From: an uncultured Nitrospiraceae bacterium | Lineage (GTDB): Bacteria > Nitrospirota > Thermodesulfovibrionia > Thermodesulfovibrionales > Dissulfurispiraceae | Length of the DNA stretch: 16,895 bases | Assembly (NCBI GenBank): GCA_947085205.1 | Contig: CAMTVO010000046.1 | Span: 1-16,895, forward strand | Direction: 5' to 3' | In this document: positions 14,296 through 16,895 of the stretch, piece by piece | Numbering within the stretch: the stretch's first letter is position 1 | Layout: each line of letters begins with the position of its first letter | Made by a program: the position numbers and the translations under genes | Notes under the pieces: model-generated | Seen by the model: the letters and a program-made list of their open reading frames with translations, nothing else | What the model was told of the DNA's origin: nothing | Database searches by the model: none

Positions 14296-16292
14296 TTTGT
14301 TTTAAAGTCCTTTAATGTCTTCACTTCCCGCTTCTCGTTTCCAAATATATCTATGTAAATCACCATGATCTGCGCTTTGACCTTATCATCTGGAAATCTC
14401 ACTTCATAGCCATTCTTCTTTAAATCTTCGGCATAGAAGACCTCATCTAAATCAAAGACCTCTCCATTAAAATCATAATCAATCATTACCATAGAGAGGG
14501 TTTCAAGATTGGCAAACTCAACCGGCTTGCGGGAAATGACTTTGCTTTCAAACTTCTCAATTTTAATTACACATTCTTTTGTCTTCTGGTTAAGAAGGTC
14601 AGGATTTTTAGGGCTTTCTAAATAATACTTGCACTCAACCTTTGGCACTTGTATAAAATCAAAGCCTACAGCATCAACAGTATCGTTAACATCCATCTCA
14701 CTCACAGGTTGCTTGATTTTTGTAAAACCTCGATTGTGGATTTCTTCTATAATGGAATAAGGAATACGAAGGATAAAGTATTTTGCCTTGCCTTTCCCAA
14801 TGTAATCCTCAAGGAATTGAACAGAAGCAGCAGGAGCTATGATAAAAAATCTTCTTCCAATCTTATCCCCAAGATGTTTATGTAAATCATCAATAAAACC
14901 CCTGTCCATCATAGCATCAGAATATTTCTGATAATTGAAAACCATAACGCTGTCTGCTCCGAGATAACCGTCCAATTCAATTCTTGAAATCTCATATTTC
15001 TCATCTCGGCACTGAAAGAGCTTCAAAGCAAAGTCTCGATACTGCTCCCAATGAAGTTCTTTAATCATCTTGTAGTCATAAAGACCGGCATTGTAGAGGG
15101 TGAAGGGCTTGGGAGGCTTGCCGTATTTCTTCTTTGGATTTTCCAAATCCTTGCTCTCTGCAATGTTCAATAGCCGTTTTTGCATCGTATAGATTGCCAG
15201 CTTTCCACAATCCACACCAATCCACCGCCTGCCAAGTTTTTCAGCAACGGCAAGAGTAGTTCCTGAGCCAGCAAAACAGTCCATCACTATATCACCTTGA
15301 TTGGAGGAGGCTTTGATTATGCGACTTAAAAGCGCTTCTGGTTTTTGGGTTGGATAACCGATTCGTTCCTCTGCGGTACCTTGAACAAAAGGAATCTCAA
15401 AAATTTCCGTGGGCTTTCCCTCTTTCATATATGCCTTTCTAACCGTTCCATCATTATCGTAATAAAGTTTATATCGCCTCCCTTCCTTATCCATTTTGTC
15501 ATAGCGACGTATTGCCTTATCATCATATTGGATAAGTGTTGCTTCTTCATTGAAATTATAATTATCTGATTTTGTATAAAAGAAAAGAATATCGTGTTTT
15601 CTCGGAAAGTTTTTTTCTGTGCTTGTTGGCCCAAAGTATTTCCAAATAAGGTCATTTCTAAATTTTGTCTCCCCGAATACCTCATCCATCAGCACCTTCA
15701 CATAATGTGCCTTCTTCCAATCCAAATGCACATAAATACTTCCATCCTCACTCAACAACTCCCGAAGGAAAACTAATCTCTTTCTTAAAAACTCCAGAAA
15801 CCTTGCTCCTGCAATCTTGTCCTGATAAGCCTTTTGGTCTTGACTTCCTCTGAACTCCTGCTTTGTTGCAAAGGGCGGGTCAATATAAATTAGCCTTACC
15901 CCTGGCGTGCCATCAGCATTTTTGAGTTTGCCTTTTTCTTTCATCCGTAAGAGTTCCTTCAACACCTGAAGGTTGTCACCAAAGATGAGCATGTTCGTCC
16001 AGAAATCCCCCTCACCCTTGCCCTCTCCCGCAAGGGGAGAGGGAATTATTCCATTACGAAAAGTCTTGACCTTTTGCAATGGCACAGCCATAGTGTCGGC
16101 AAGAATATCTTCTTCACGCTCTTTATCGGCATAAATCAGTTCATATTCTTTCTTTGTATCAAAAAGGAGGGAATGTTTGAGCTTTCTGAGGTCGCTTATA
16201 AGAGCATCTTTGTAATGCTCAGGCAATGGCTTGCCCTTTTCTAAATAGCTTATGACCTTATCAATATGACTATCAGATAATTCTTTCATCAC
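14292..16292 (-). CDS. mod: Type III-like DNA adenine methyltransferase (beta class, Mod)
   Basis: GDNLQVL, IYIDPPF, YPTQKPEALL, DCFAGSGTT, RRWIGVD, C-terminal IDIFGNE. Start is GTG 16292 or ATG 16289. Confidence 0.94.
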   Translation of the reverse strand: MMKELSDSHIDKVISYLEKGKPLPEHYKDALISDLRKLKHSLLFDTKKEYELIYADKEREEDILADTMAVPLQKVKTFRNGIIPSPLAGEGKGEGDFWTNMLIFGDNLQVLKELLRMKEKGKLKNADGTPGVRLIYIDPPFATKQEFRGSQDQKAYQDKIAGARFLEFLRKRLVFLRELLSEDGSIYVHLDWKKAHYVKVLMDEVFGETKFRNDLIWKYFGPTSTEKNFPRKHDILFFYTKSDNYNFNEEATLIQYDDKAIRRYDKMDKEGRRYKLYYDNDGTVRKAYMKEGKPTEIFEIPFVQGTAEERIGYPTQKPEALLSRIIKASSNQGDIVMDCFAGSGTTLAVAEKLGRRWIGVDCGKLAIYTMQKRLLNIAESKDLENPKKKYGKPPKPFTLYNAGLYDYKMIKELHWEQYRDFALKLFQCRDEKYEISRIELDGYLGADSVMVFNYQKYSDAMMDRGFIDDLHKHLGDKIGRRFFIIAPAASVQFLEDYIGKGKAKYFILRIPYSIIEEIHNRGFTKIKQPVSEMDVNDTVDAVGFDFIQVPKVECKYYLESPKNPDLLNQKTKECVIKIEKFESKVISRKPVEFANLETLSMVMIDYDFNGEVFDLDEVFYAEDLKKNGYEVRFPDDKVKAQIMVIYIDIFGNEKREVKTLKDFKTK
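16007..16043. repeat. Small REP-like palindromic element in frame within mod
   Basis: ccccctcacccttg-ccctctccc-gcaag-gggagaggg has a perfect 9-bp stem, is GC-rich in an AT-rich gene, and encodes PSPLAGEGKGEG. Confidence 0.85.
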
Positions 16293-16334
16293 ACCTTTTT
16301 AAAAATAGCCGAAAACCAAACTCTAAACTTCTCA

Positions 16335-16354
16335 TCTTTCCACTCTATTGCTTT
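16335..16354. repeat. Right 20-bp direct repeat of the island; dead mtnA 5' remnant
   Basis: Minus strand after the mgtE stop: GGAG RBS then ATA-ATT-AAA-GCA-ATA-GAG-TGG-AAA-GAT (IIKAIEWKD), versus mtnA MVKAIEWKD. Confidence 0.9.
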
Positions 16355-16370
16355 AATTATATGGCTCTCC

Positions 16371-16895
16371 TCATATCAGGTATCTCATAAATATACTTGC
16401 CACTGTAAAATATATTGTTAATCCGAGTATATCATTGAACACTGTTACAAAGGGGCCTGCGGTAATCGCAGGGTCAATCCCGACTTTGTCTGCTATCGTT
16501 GGCGTCAGTATTGCGAGGATTGTGGAACTGCTGATTGCGAAAAACATTGAAACCCCGACAACCACGCCGAGCATCGGCATCCCTTTGAGGGCGCTTGCTG
16601 CTGCTGCAATAGCAATCCCTGTTATGCCTGCGATCATCAGTCCGGCAAGCAGTTCCTTTCCCACATACCTCCAGTAATTATTAATTGAATTAAGCCCTAT
16701 GTTACGGACCATGGTTGTGGAAACCTGCAGCCCTGCATTGCCTGCCATCCCCATTATTACAGGGACAAACGCTGCAAGCACGACCAGAGTAGTGAGAGTC
16801 TTTTCAAAGTGTCCAACTACAATGCTTGAGATTAGCCCACCGAGAAGACAGAGCAAAAGCCACGGAAGCCTGCTCTTAACTATATCTATTAGACG
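16371..16895 (-). CDS. mgtE: Magnesium transporter MgtE, C-terminal membrane domain (5' part outside the window)
   Basis: SRLPWL, FVPVIMGMAGNAGLQ, GIDPAITAGPFVTVFNDILG; the frame is open to the window edge. Confidence 0.95.
   Translation of the reverse strand, partial: RLIDIVKSRLPWLLLCLLGGLISSIVVGHFEKTLTTLVVLAAFVPVIMGMAGNAGLQVSTTMVRNIGLNSINNYWRYVGKELLAGLMIAGITGIAIAAAASALKGMPMLGVVVGVSMFFAISSSTILAILTPTIADKVGIDPAITAGPFVTVFNDILGLTIYFTVASIFMRYLI

Larger units (their letters stand above)
8309..16354. mobile_element. Restriction-modification / toxin-antitoxin defence island of about 8 kb inserted between mgtE and mtnA; no integrase
   Basis: Flanked by an exact 20-bp direct repeat. Contains only RM, TA, DUF1016 and DUF3800-like genes, all on the minus strand, and much of it is visibly AT-richer than the flanks. 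Confidence 0.8.

Noticed and set aside
14272..14352. DIFGN peptide in both the Mod C-terminus and the start of the next gene
   Set aside because: Only 15 nt with 3 mismatches; too short to call a duplication.
14292..16292. Phase-variable simple-sequence repeat in mod
   Set aside because: No long homopolymer or short-unit tandem tract seen, and the frame is intact.

Overview
Bacterial window, probably from an anaerobic sulfur-respiring lineage such as Thermodesulfovibrionia or Desulfobacterota (inference only). (1) Bases 1-5643 are a sigma54-controlled sulfur/chalcogen respiration locus. Two ORF-track entries (2960..3550 and 2183..2959) are very likely one exported selenoprotein of about 455 aa: signal peptide, CxxCH heme motif, three rhodanese domains, and an in-frame UGA in CGGPT-U followed by a SECIS-like hairpin. 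It is followed by a Tat-exported PsrA/PhsA-type molybdoenzyme that the ORF track missed, and faces a divergent PAS-sigma54 activator and moaC. (2) Bases 5671-8334 hold housekeeping genes (amrA, polyprenyl synthase, mtnA) with short tandem micro-repeats. (3) Bases 8309-16354 are an integrase-free defence island of about 8 kb between mgtE and mtnA, flanked by a 20-bp duplication of the mtnA 5' end. It carries type III-like mod, a DUF3800-like gene and res, plus a nested 2.4-kb block bracketed by an exact 37-bp duplication of the res 3' end. That block contains two toxin-antitoxin pairs delimited by a ~48-bp repeat encoding an 'MSLAVDxPIL' gene-start remnant, and two truncated DUF1016 genes that break at internal DNA palindromes.
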